From IMG/VR virus record IMGVR_UViG_3300045988_062316: a stretch of 62,384 nucleotides of DNA. The stretch is one strand, 5' to 3'. The stretch comes from a virus. The notes under the pieces are model-generated. The model worked only from the letters and a program-made list of their open reading frames with translations. It was not told the DNA's origin and searched no databases. The first letter of the stretch is position 1; each line of letters starts with the position of its first letter. Position numbers and translations under genes: made by a program. Below are positions 35,020-43,687 of the stretch, in pieces.

Positions 35020-35030
35020 GGTGTGTTTGA

Positions 35031-36647
35031 ATGGCAAACAAGGTCAACAGCCTTGTACCGGGCGATGAAGAGCCGGGCGGCGACGGTCTGATATTGACCC
35101 GTCTCGCCACGCGCCTACAGAACCGAAACCCGCAGTTGTGCACGTTGAAGACGTTCTATGACGGTCGTGAGACCATTCCGACCAAGAGCGTGCCGAAAAA
35201 CATGGATGTCACGTCCACGAGCGTGTACAAGCGTTTCGTGGACATGTGCCCCATGAACCTTGCCTCCACCATCGCCAATGCGGTGATAACCTCGCAGCAT
35301 CCGACAGGTTTCAGGCTCGTGTCCGACAAGACGATGCGTAGCACCGACGCGGATGACATGTGGAACAGTAGCGGCATGAACGTCCGCGCGTTGAACATGT
35401 TCATGGATGCGGCGATCTATGGGTGCTCGTATGCGCAGGTGTGGCCGAAGGCGAACCCGTCCTACATTTCACGGCTCAGCCCGTGGACGACTTGCTTGTC
35501 CGATGATAAGGATTCGGCGGTTGTTTACGGGTTCGACGAGGATGCGGGCGTCGAGTATCTGACGTTGTATCGTCTCGTCCGTGATGATGACGGCGTGGTG
35601 CAGCGAGTTTATTCGCGTACCGCCAAGCAGGAGGTGGAGTCTCGCACCCTGTATTCCGATTCCGTTGATGACGAGGATAGCGTGTACTCGCTTGCCAACG
35701 ACGATACGGTGAAACGCCCGCGGTTCAAGGCGCAGTTCGAGTGGGATGGCGGTGTTAACGACGATTGGGATTTCGCGGTCAAATGCGGTTGCCTTCCGAT
35801 AGTCCGCTACCAGACGCCAACCGGCAAGGGGTGGTTCGAGTCGTCGCTAAGGACGCTTGGAGCCATCGACCAGCAGCGTTATCAGAGGTTCTGCATCCAG
35901 GAGATGCAGGCGTTCAAACAACGCTGGATCAGCGGTGATCTTCCCGAGTATTACAAGGAGTCCGATCCGGCTGTCAAATATGGTGATGCGCAGGCCGGTC
36001 AGAAAGTCGATTATTCCACGCTGTTCCAGATGGGGCCTGCGGCGTTGTGGCTCATGCCGAAGGGTGCGACGGTGGGGGAGTCCGGCACTACCGATATCAC
36101 GCCGATTCTCACGGCTGCCTCGCAGGACATCAAGCAGCTTGCCGGTGCGACCGGCACTCCGTTGTCGATTCTTTCTCCTGATGTTGCAGGCAGTGCCGAG
36201 GGTGCGAAGCTGACCACGCGAATGCTGCGCCTGAAGGTTCAGGATATGAACATGCGTGCGAATGATGCGTTTGTTCTCCTGCTGAAGATGGCGCTCACCG
36301 CGGATGGTGGAAGCGACGCCTATGAGGAGAGGTTCGAGACGACGTGGGAGCCCGTGGAGCTTCCTTCCGAACTTGAACAGACTCAGGCGTTCGCCAATGT
36401 CGCGGGGCGGCTTCCGTTGAAGACCGCTGCGAGACGTTACCTGCACATGACCGAGACTGAGATCGCGGAGATGGTGCAGGACGCTCAGGATACGAGTTTC
36501 AGCACGGTGTTGGCGCAGCAGCAGTCCTCTCTTGCTGATTCATCCAAGACGGTTGATGATGCTATGGGCGCATCCTACTTGGATGGTTCCGATGGTCTGA
36601 CCGGAGATACGGCGGTGGATGATGGCGACGTTTCAGACGGTCTCTGA
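35031..36647 (+). CDS. Portal protein
   Basis: 538 aa, immediately after the terminase. Acidic C-terminus. Confidence 0.75.
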   Translation: MANKVNSLVPGDEEPGGDGLILTRLATRLQNRNPQLCTLKTFYDGRETIPTKSVPKNMDVTSTSVYKRFVDMCPMNLASTIANAVITSQHPTGFRLVSDKTMRSTDADDMWNSSGMNVRALNMFMDAAIYGCSYAQVWPKANPSYISRLSPWTTCLSDDKDSAVVYGFDEDAGVEYLTLYRLVRDDDGVVQRVYSRTAKQEVESRTLYSDSVDDEDSVYSLANDDTVKRPRFKAQFEWDGGVNDDWDFAVKCGCLPIVRYQTPTGKGWFESSLRTLGAIDQQRYQRFCIQEMQAFKQRWISGDLPEYYKESDPAVKYGDAQAGQKVDYSTLFQMGPAALWLMPKGATVGESGTTDITPILTAASQDIKQLAGATGTPLSILSPDVAGSAEGAKLTTRMLRLKVQDMNMRANDAFVLLLKMALTADGGSDAYEERFETTWEPVELPSELEQTQAFANVAGRLPLKTAARRYLHMTETEIAEMVQDAQDTSFSTVLAQQQSSLADSSKTVDDAMGASYLDGSDGLTGDTAVDDGDVSDGL

Positions 36648-37710
36648 GGCTTTGGACGCGCAGCGTAACGCACTTGTCAACGAGTATGTGAGCAGGGCTT
36701 GGCGCATGTGGCGGTCGCTCACCCCCGCCGATTTCTGGAATGATGCCGTCACTCAGGGTGTTTCGGCTTACATCACGCAACAGCAGATCGCGTTCGTGAA
36801 GCAGATGCGCCGTCTTGGCATCTCGTATGCGAACACCATGCTCGGCATGGTCGGAGTGACGGGCAGGACGGCGCAGGTTCCCGAATATGTGGTGGTCAGG
36901 GATAACACCGACCCTTGGAAGGTGTCGGCGCGTCCAGCCGACGCGTACAGGAGCTTCGCGGTGAAAACGCCGGACATTCGCCCTCACGGTTGGGATGATT
37001 TGAACGATGCCGTGTATGAGACCGTCCAATCATGGCTGGATGCTGCGGAACGACAGTTGTCCGACAACGCTCTCACCGATGGCGTTGCTGCCCAGAACCG
37101 TGCGAGCGAGGAGTATTTCAAGGCTTCGGGCATAAAAAGGTTCCGCAGGGTCATACATCCCGAACTGTCCAAGACGGGCACATGCGGCCTATGTGTAGTC
37201 GCTGCCACCAACGTGTTCTCCCGCTCCGACCTGATGCCCCTACACAACAGGTGCAAGTGCACCGTCGCGCCGATCAGGGACAACATCGACCCCGGTCTGA
37301 AGCTGAATTCGGATGACTTGCAGAAGATATACGACGCCGCTTCCAAGGCCGGTGGTGGTGGCAGTGGCACAGCTGCGCGGAACCTCACGCAGTTGAGGGT
37401 GAGCGTGCGCAACGATTCGGAACTTGGCCCCATTCTCACCAGAAGCGACTGGAAGCAGAATGACGAGGCTCCGAAATGGCGTATGCCGGACACGATCATG
37501 ACGCAACAGCAGATGCGACGCATGTACGAGCGTGCGACGGTGTTCAACGCCAAATACGCGGAGCTTCTTAACGGTTCCGACAATTCATTGAGCTTTCACT
37601 ATGACGGTCGTTCCTACACGTTCAGGAAGGGCGCTCATGTGAAACAGGCATGGGATTATGTGAGGTCCATGCTTTCCTATTCGCGCGGTTGGCTTGGGCT
37701 GGCCGCTTAG
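36619..37710 (+). CDS. Head morphogenesis/minor capsid protein (SPP1 gp7 / Mu F-like)
   Basis: Lies after the portal gene. Contains GTCGLCVVAATNVF...HNRCKCTVAPI. Confidence 0.65.
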   Translation: MMATFQTVSEALDAQRNALVNEYVSRAWRMWRSLTPADFWNDAVTQGVSAYITQQQIAFVKQMRRLGISYANTMLGMVGVTGRTAQVPEYVVVRDNTDPWKVSARPADAYRSFAVKTPDIRPHGWDDLNDAVYETVQSWLDAAERQLSDNALTDGVAAQNRASEEYFKASGIKRFRRVIHPELSKTGTCGLCVVAATNVFSRSDLMPLHNRCKCTVAPIRDNIDPGLKLNSDDLQKIYDAASKAGGGGSGTAARNLTQLRVSVRNDSELGPILTRSDWKQNDEAPKWRMPDTIMTQQQMRRMYERATVFNAKYAELLNGSDNSLSFHYDGRSYTFRKGAHVKQAWDYVRSMLSYSRGWLGLAA

Positions 37711-37730
37711 ATTTATTAAGGAGATCAAGG

Positions 37731-38297
37731 GTGGCTGACCCTGAGGAAAAGAAGACTGCGCCCGAAACGGAGCAGCAGAACAGTGAACCCGAAACGGGTG
37801 CGGAGTCCGCTCAGGAGCCGAACACCCAGAGCGTCGAACCGGATACGAAGACCGTCAAGCCGGAGGATTCCGGCGAGGACAAGTCCTCCGAACCGGACGA
37901 TGCGGCCAAATGGAAGGCCATGAGCCGTAAGAACGAGGACAATGCGAAGGCGAACCTCAAACGCGCGGAACACGCGGAAACGGAACGCGATTCGCTTCGT
38001 ACCGAGAACGCGCGGCTCAAGGTGCGGATGCAGTATCCGCAGATCAACGACGATGCCCTTTCCCTGTGTTCCGAAACGGAACCGGAGAAGATTCAGGAGT
38101 GGGCGGATAAGTACGCGAAGCTGAACCCGCTCGACACCGAGCCGGCGAAGCGTGATGTTCGCGAGGACGCCTTGGCACGCAGGGTATCCACTCTGGCCGA
38201 GTATCCGCAGGGCTCAGTCAATCCGAAGGCCGCTAAGGGCGACGCCTACCGGCGTCATATGGAACGCCAGAGGAACGCCCGACGCAAGAAGAACTAA
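37731..38297 (+). CDS. Scaffolding protein
   Basis: GTG after AAGGAG. Highly charged and helical, located upstream of the capsid genes. Confidence 0.6.
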   Translation: MADPEEKKTAPETEQQNSEPETGAESAQEPNTQSVEPDTKTVKPEDSGEDKSSEPDDAAKWKAMSRKNEDNAKANLKRAEHAETERDSLRTENARLKVRMQYPQINDDALSLCSETEPEKIQEWADKYAKLNPLDTEPAKRDVREDALARRVSTLAEYPQGSVNPKAAKGDAYRRHMERQRNARRKKN

Positions 38298-38322
38298 CCA
38301 ACAAGATTTAAGGAGTTGAACC

Positions 38323-38937
38323 TTGACTATTGAAATGGTTAAAACGTCCGGTGTCGTAATCCACGAGGTTGACGATTCTTGGCGTTACGGAGAGAAGAAC
38401 AGCAACGATTCCGTTTCCGTTGTCATCGTCCCGGAACTGTTCAAGACCACTGACAGCAAGTATCTGACAGGTGTGGGGCCGAAGGCCACCACCGTGTACA
38501 TCCGAAGCGGCATCCCGCTGGCGAAGATCACCAGCGGAACCAACAAGGACATGTACGGCCCTTATGACAAGACGGCCACCGATGGCCGTCAGACCGCGAT
38601 CGCTGGATTGTTGGAGTCCGAAGTGGCCGTGAACATCACGCTATCCGGCTGGGATGCCGGTGATCCCACCGTTGGCATGACGTATCGAGGTGACATCGTG
38701 AAGTCCAAGCTTCCGGTCGTGCCCGAGGAGGGCGCCGTGTGGGACTGCGATCTCTATGACGTTGAGAACGATTCCATCACCCGTCTTGCCGGTGTCGCGT
38801 CCGGTTCGGCCGCGTCCTATGTCCTTCCGGCCGCAACCAGCAATGCTCTCGGCGGCGTGAAGAAGGTCGCGGCTCCGTCCGAAGACACTGTTGCCGCTTT
38901 GAAGACGGCCCTTAAGAGCGCCGGCATCTTAGCCTGA
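38323..38937 (+). CDS. Head decoration or fibre-like protein
   Basis: TTG start 7 nt after AAGGAG. The C-terminal YVLPAATSNALGGVKK motif is shared with the tail protein at 50198..51745. Confidence 0.5.
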   Translation: MTIEMVKTSGVVIHEVDDSWRYGEKNSNDSVSVVIVPELFKTTDSKYLTGVGPKATTVYIRSGIPLAKITSGTNKDMYGPYDKTATDGRQTAIAGLLESEVAVNITLSGWDAGDPTVGMTYRGDIVKSKLPVVPEEGAVWDCDLYDVENDSITRLAGVASGSAASYVLPAATSNALGGVKKVAAPSEDTVAALKTALKSAGILA

Positions 38938-38965
38938 CGCGCGTTACCTAAGAAACATTCTAAAA

Positions 38966-38991
38966 ACCCGCCCATCGTGGCGGGTTTTCTT
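38966..38991 (+). terminator. Rho-independent terminator
   Basis: ACCCGCC-catcgt-GGCGGGT followed by TTTT. Confidence 0.7.
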
Positions 38992-39008
38992 ATATGTAAG
39001 GAGATTCG

Positions 39009-40088
39009 ATGGCACTTGATAAGACCATCATTCCGCCGAGCGAGGCCACCGAGATCGCTCAGGCAGGTTTCGATTTCGTGAACGACCTACTGCCGTTCGC
39101 GCAGATGTTCCCTATGAAGTCCAACGAGGGCGACTGGACTGTCACTTGGACTCCGAACCTTCCGGTCGTCAAGACACGCGCCATGCAGCGTCGTGCCTTG
39201 GATGCCGAGGTTCCGCACGTCAAAAGCACCGAGGTTTCCGCCGAGAAGCACACCGGACTGCTCCCATTGTCCGGCATGGGGCACATCACGGAACGAGAGG
39301 TGGCGAAGGCTTCCAAGCAGAAGAGCGCCACCGACTACGTGCACGACAAGGCCGAGAAGCTGTTTGAGCAGATGGGCCGCGAAGCCGCAGTCACCTTGGA
39401 GCTTGAACGCATTCAGGCGATGATGGACGCGACCATCAAGATCAAGGAGGGCGATGATCGCGCAAGCGAACTCGTCACCTATTCGTTCGGCCGTCCAACC
39501 AACCAGCAGAATGTCGTTCCGACCGTCAAGTGGAGCGACCCGAAGGCGGACGTGTTCGCCGACCTGAAGAAGTGGGTCAAGCTCATGCGTACCGCACGCG
39601 GACGCGCGCCGCACGCGGTGCTGACCACCTCAGCGGTCATCGATGCGCTGACCGCCAACGAGCAGATGCGTACCGCGTTCTCGAAGGTGGATCTGGAGCA
39701 TTCACCGGTCCGCCTGTTCCGCACCGATGTTGAGAACATCCTTCGTGAGAAGTTCCAGCTGACCGACATCCGCTACATCGATGAACTGTACGAGTCCCTG
39801 TCGTTGGACAACAACTTCGAGATGAACGTGGACACCAACACGCTCATTCCGGATTCCACGTTCATCCTGTTCCCGTCCTACAACGACGATTCTCTCGGTT
39901 TCACCGCGGACGGTCCGACTGCGGAAGGCCAGGATGCGGAGTTCGAGTTGGGCAAGAATGTCAACAAAGGTCTCGTTGCGTACATGATGCACCATTACGC
40001 TCCGGCCAACTATGACCTGTGGGTGAACGGCACCGCGTTGCCGGTGTTGCAGGATGCCGTATCGACCTTCAAGGCGAAGGTTCTGTAG
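39009..40088 (+). CDS. Major capsid protein
   Basis: 359 aa, strong RBS, position after the scaffold and decoration genes. Confidence 0.75.
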   Translation: MALDKTIIPPSEATEIAQAGFDFVNDLLPFAQMFPMKSNEGDWTVTWTPNLPVVKTRAMQRRALDAEVPHVKSTEVSAEKHTGLLPLSGMGHITEREVAKASKQKSATDYVHDKAEKLFEQMGREAAVTLELERIQAMMDATIKIKEGDDRASELVTYSFGRPTNQQNVVPTVKWSDPKADVFADLKKWVKLMRTARGRAPHAVLTTSAVIDALTANEQMRTAFSKVDLEHSPVRLFRTDVENILREKFQLTDIRYIDELYESLSLDNNFEMNVDTNTLIPDSTFILFPSYNDDSLGFTADGPTAEGQDAEFELGKNVNKGLVAYMMHHYAPANYDLWVNGTALPVLQDAVSTFKAKVL

Positions 40089-40104
40089 CCTGTAGGAGGT
40101 TCCC

Positions 40105-40539
40105 GTGTCCAGCAGCATCGCGTCCGGTATCGACTGGAAGAAGTACATGCAGTTGGAGTTGGTCGATGACAGGCGTCTCGCCGACCGGTATTCGAACGAG
40201 TGGGTTATCCACAAGTGCCGTGTCGCTGCGAACATGGCGCTGGCATGCAGTCCGAACGTGGAGCCGCGCCTGAACAACGGCTATCTGGATGAGGAGACGT
40301 TCGCCTATGTCGTCTGCCAGATGGTCATTCGCGTGATGCGATGGACCGATCTGAAGTCGGAGACGAACGGCTCCTACACGTATGAGAATCGCAGTCCGCA
40401 GGACAATCCGCCATCCTATGACGCTTCCCCGAACCTGTACGTGAGCAAACGCGAAAAGCAGCTGCTTCTCGGTTACGAGGAGGGGAACGGTCCAATAGGA
40501 ACGGTGTTCGTCGGCGTCAACAGAATCTGGGGGCTTTGA
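40105..40539 (+). CDS. Head-tail connector/adaptor protein
   Basis: GTG after AGGAGG. Call is by position. Confidence 0.5.
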   Translation: MSSSIASGIDWKKYMQLELVDDRRLADRYSNEWVIHKCRVAANMALACSPNVEPRLNNGYLDEETFAYVVCQMVIRVMRWTDLKSETNGSYTYENRSPQDNPPSYDASPNLYVSKREKQLLLGYEEGNGPIGTVFVGVNRIWGL

Positions 40540-41180
40540 TGGAGGGCGAAACGCTTGACACAGGGCATCTCTTCGATGGTGTCGATGCCGACGAAATAGG
40601 CGGCGGACATCTGTTCGACGAGGTTGATGCCAAAAAGCATGTTTTTAATAATCTGCTTCATCGCGACGTGATCGTCTACGAGGGCATGGTTCCGTGGGTG
40701 ACGTGTCATGGGAGCACGACTATCCCAAAGTATTTGGATGCGGATGGTAGGGTTCTTGACCCGGCCACGGTTTCCAATGTGGTTCGTGCGGGTGGTTTCG
40801 TGCCGTCTATCACCAGTGGCGGAGTCTCGTATACCGCGGATGTTCACGAGGTTTACTGTTGCGTGGTCGGACGCACCCAGAAGAACAGCGTCATGAGTGA
40901 GAATTGGGCGCAGGATACGACTCCGCAGGAGTTTGGCGGTAATCGTGAGATGAATCAGGTGAAGGTTCTCGCGCCGGAATGGCATGGGGACTTCTATTCA
41001 CGGTTCTGGTTCAACGGCTCATGCTATGAGGTTGACGGTTCGCCGGTTTTTCTTCCTCATTCGTCCGATATGGCTAGGCATTACGAGTTTCCGGCTCGCC
41101 GCGTGTATGCGGCCGAGTTGGCTCATAACCGTATCGTTCCGCCCGTTCCACCGAAGGGGGCTGAAACATGGGGTATGTGA
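40536..41180 (+). CDS. Head-tail joining protein
   Basis: Overlapping coupled ORF, 214 aa. Confidence 0.5.
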   Translation: MMEGETLDTGHLFDGVDADEIGGGHLFDEVDAKKHVFNNLLHRDVIVYEGMVPWVTCHGSTTIPKYLDADGRVLDPATVSNVVRAGGFVPSITSGGVSYTADVHEVYCCVVGRTQKNSVMSENWAQDTTPQEFGGNREMNQVKVLAPEWHGDFYSRFWFNGSCYEVDGSPVFLPHSSDMARHYEFPARRVYAAELAHNRIVPPVPPKGAETWGM

Positions 41181-41485
41181 AGCTTTACCCTGATTTGAAT
41201 GCGAGGGTCGCGGAAACGTTCGGCGGCAAGGTCACTCGCCCCCACGCTTTGAAGGTTCAGGCTCGCGCGAAGGCATTGGCCGACATGCGGGCCAAGCATT
41301 CGAGCGTCGCCGACCGTATCAACATTAACGTTCACGCTCACGGCTCGCATACGAGCGTGGTCATGAGCGTGACCGGCCGTGACGGCTCGCAGATCGCATC
41401 CTATTTGGAGTACGGGTATTTCAATCTGCGTGCGCAACGTCACCTGCCGGGCATGTACGTGATGAGCGAGGCAAAGTATGGCTGA
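41168..41485 (+). CDS. Head-tail joining protein (HK97 gp10-like)
   Basis: Call is by size, position and N-terminal pattern. Confidence 0.45.
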   Translation: MGYVKLYPDLNARVAETFGGKVTRPHALKVQARAKALADMRAKHSSVADRININVHAHGSHTSVVMSVTGRDGSQIASYLEYGYFNLRAQRHLPGMYVMSEAKYG

Positions 41486-41933
41486 TCTGAGCGTACGTGC
41501 CCCGTTAGATGCCGAGGGATTGATCGATGCGCTGTTCAAGCGTGTCGATTTCCGTAAGGCCGGTTTCGATAACGTCGTGGTGTTGCCGCGCGATGTCGCG
41601 GATACGGATTCGTATGCGTTTGACCATGACGTGGTGATCTGGCATTGTGGCGCTCCGTTCCAGCCGGATTGGAATGTGAAGGCGTGGGTTTGGCGGTTCG
41701 CGTTGTCGCTGACCGTGGTGAACCGTGATCCTGACATCAGTTCCAGCCTGTGCTCGTTTCTGCATGAGACGATTTCCCGTTGGCCTTATGGCGAGCCTAC
41801 CGATTTTGGCCGTGTCGGCGCGATTCCCGACAATCCAGCGTTCGAGCAGGTCGCCATTGGCGATGTGGTGACTACGAAGACCGCTGTCGTGCGTTCCTGC
41901 ACAAAGCTGGTGCAGGCGGGTTCCGTCCGCTGA
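41478..41933 (+). CDS. Tail completion/neck protein
   Basis: Positioned before the major tail gene. Confidence 0.45.
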   Translation: MADLSVRAPLDAEGLIDALFKRVDFRKAGFDNVVVLPRDVADTDSYAFDHDVVIWHCGAPFQPDWNVKAWVWRFALSLTVVNRDPDISSSLCSFLHETISRWPYGEPTDFGRVGAIPDNPAFEQVAIGDVVTTKTAVVRSCTKLVQAGSVR

Positions 41934-41964
41934 TTTTCCCAATAATCCAAAGATTCTGATTTTA

Positions 41965-41998
41965 AAGCCCTGTCCGCTTGCGGATGGGGCTTTCTTGT
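41965..41998 (+). terminator. Rho-independent terminator/attenuator upstream of the major tail gene
   Basis: AGCCC..TCCG-cttg-CGGA..GGGCT followed by TTTCTTGTT. Confidence 0.6.
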
Positions 41999-42015
41999 TA
42001 AGGAGGGCCATTCAT

Positions 42016-42618
42016 ATGGCTATGAACGATAAATCTGTGTTTACCAGTGTTCGCGGTGCAGCGTTTCTTGCCGATGCCAATACTGCTTTGCCGAGTCTGA
42101 AACTGTTTGGTTTGGAGGCGGCGACCGTTGGCGAGACCACCAAGAAGTATACGAACATGGGTAATTTGAGCGTGTCCGACCTGCCGTCTTTCGAGACGAG
42201 CGGCGGCGACGCGACAACCAAGGATACTTGGAACAAGAGCAAGTTCCGCACCACTTACGATTCCGTCACCGGCAAGGTCACGATTTCCAGCGTCCAGGGC
42301 GACAAGGAAACGTTCAAACTGATGTTCGACGCTGCCGAAATCACCGGTGGCGGCACCGCAGTCGCCTTGGACAAGGTCGAGCAGCCGAAGGCGCTGTTCA
42401 TCTACGTCGAGGACACGAACACCGGTGCGAAGTTCGGCATTTGGATTCCGAACATGAGCCTCGCCTATAGCGAGCTTCCGTCCTTGGCTCAGGATGATTT
42501 CAACACGTTCAAGCTGGAAGGCAACATCATGACTTCCACTATTCTTCCGAAGACCAAGAGCGGCAAGGCTTCCAGCATCGCTTTCTACGATCCTGACGAT
42601 TTCGCCAAGGCCGCGTGA
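42016..42618 (+). CDS. Major tail protein
   Basis: ATG after AAGGAGG. 200 aa, upstream of the chaperone pair and tape measure gene. Confidence 0.7.
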   Translation: MAMNDKSVFTSVRGAAFLADANTALPSLKLFGLEAATVGETTKKYTNMGNLSVSDLPSFETSGGDATTKDTWNKSKFRTTYDSVTGKVTISSVQGDKETFKLMFDAAEITGGGTAVALDKVEQPKALFIYVEDTNTGAKFGIWIPNMSLAYSELPSLAQDDFNTFKLEGNIMTSTILPKTKSGKASSIAFYDPDDFAKAA

Positions 42619-42640
42619 GGCTGAGGGTTTTTTGATTCTT

Positions 42641-42690
42641 CCCCTGACGGGTGTTCTTCTCCTGTCTGTCGCCCATCAGGGGATTTTCTT
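42641..42690 (+). terminator. Hairpin/terminator after the major tail gene
   Basis: CCCCTGA...TCAGGGG stem followed by ATTTTCTT. Confidence 0.5.
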
Positions 42691-42736
42691 CTGTATCGCA
42701 GACGGGTGTTGTCTTTTTCACAGATTGGAGTTTGGT

Positions 42737-43171
42737 ATGGCTGAAAACGATGTTGAAGAGAATGTCTTTCCGACTGATTGGGATGGTCTGGCCGGTTATG
42801 ATGATGTGATGGCCGGATTGCCGGAAATGGTGCAGGCGGAATCTTTCTCGCCTTCCCAGACGGCATTGTTCGCTGTGGTCGAACGTCGTTTGAACGAGCG
42901 GCTGCTTGTCATGCGTGACGGCGGCGTGTTTGGCGGCAAGGCGAAGAAAACCGTGTCTGATGATGCTGTCGCCGTTGCCGTGGCCGAATATGTCGAGATC
43001 GCCGACTCGTTCTATAAGGGGCTTGCCGTCAATGCTGACGCTTACGCGGAGTGGACGAAGGGGCGTGGCCTGTTTGACCTGTTGAACATGTTCGCAGCAC
43101 TCACACGCTTCTACGTGGAGCGTTTGGGAAAATCAAGCGCCTCGAAAAAGCAGTCTCGGACTGCCGAGTAG
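42737..43171 (+). CDS. Tail assembly chaperone (G-like)
   Basis: Positioned before the tape measure gene. Acidic, 144 aa. Confidence 0.7.
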   Translation: MAENDVEENVFPTDWDGLAGYDDVMAGLPEMVQAESFSPSQTALFAVVERRLNERLLVMRDGGVFGGKAKKTVSDDAVAVAVAEYVEIADSFYKGLAVNADAYAEWTKGRGLFDLLNMFAALTRFYVERLGKSSASKKQSRTAE

Positions 43172-43590
43172 GGGTTGTCTCCGATTTCCGTCGTTTCTAC
43201 CGGCTGAATCTTCCGGCTGACGTTCACGCGTATGATCCGAATTTTCTTTGCGACCTGTTGGATGGTCTAGAGGCCATTCCCGATTCGCAGTGGCGTGCAT
43301 GGCTGTTGGAGCATGATGGTGCCGGTGGGGGTTCCGGCAGTTCCGAACGGTTGCAGTTGGGGTGGCTTGGTTTCGGCCAGTCCGAGATGCTGTTGCTGCA
43401 ATTGCAGAACACGTTGGATTCGTTGCGTTCGCTGGCTGTTTCTCATTGGAGTGGGAAGAAGGTTGGCTTTGAGCCGATTCTTCCGCCCGGCATTGATGCC
43501 GCGTCTCGTGATGTCAATCGTGTGGATGGTTCGCATGTGACGAGTCTGGCTGACTATATGGCTCGGGTTCGTAGTTGCTTCGGCGGCTGA
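42737..43590 (+). CDS. Tail assembly chaperone -1 frameshift product (GT-like)
   Basis: G-AAA-AAG at 43144-43150 lies near the end of the G ORF. The -1 frame is open from 43144 to 43590 and reads ...FRRFYRLNL... Confidence 0.6.
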
Positions 43591-43687
43591 TTCTGCCGGT
43601 TTTTTGTTTTTGCCCATGTTTCCAAGGGGTCTTTTTCCTCTTTCTTCCCCTCGGATTCGTGGGCGTTTCTTTTAGGAGTGTGCGCGT

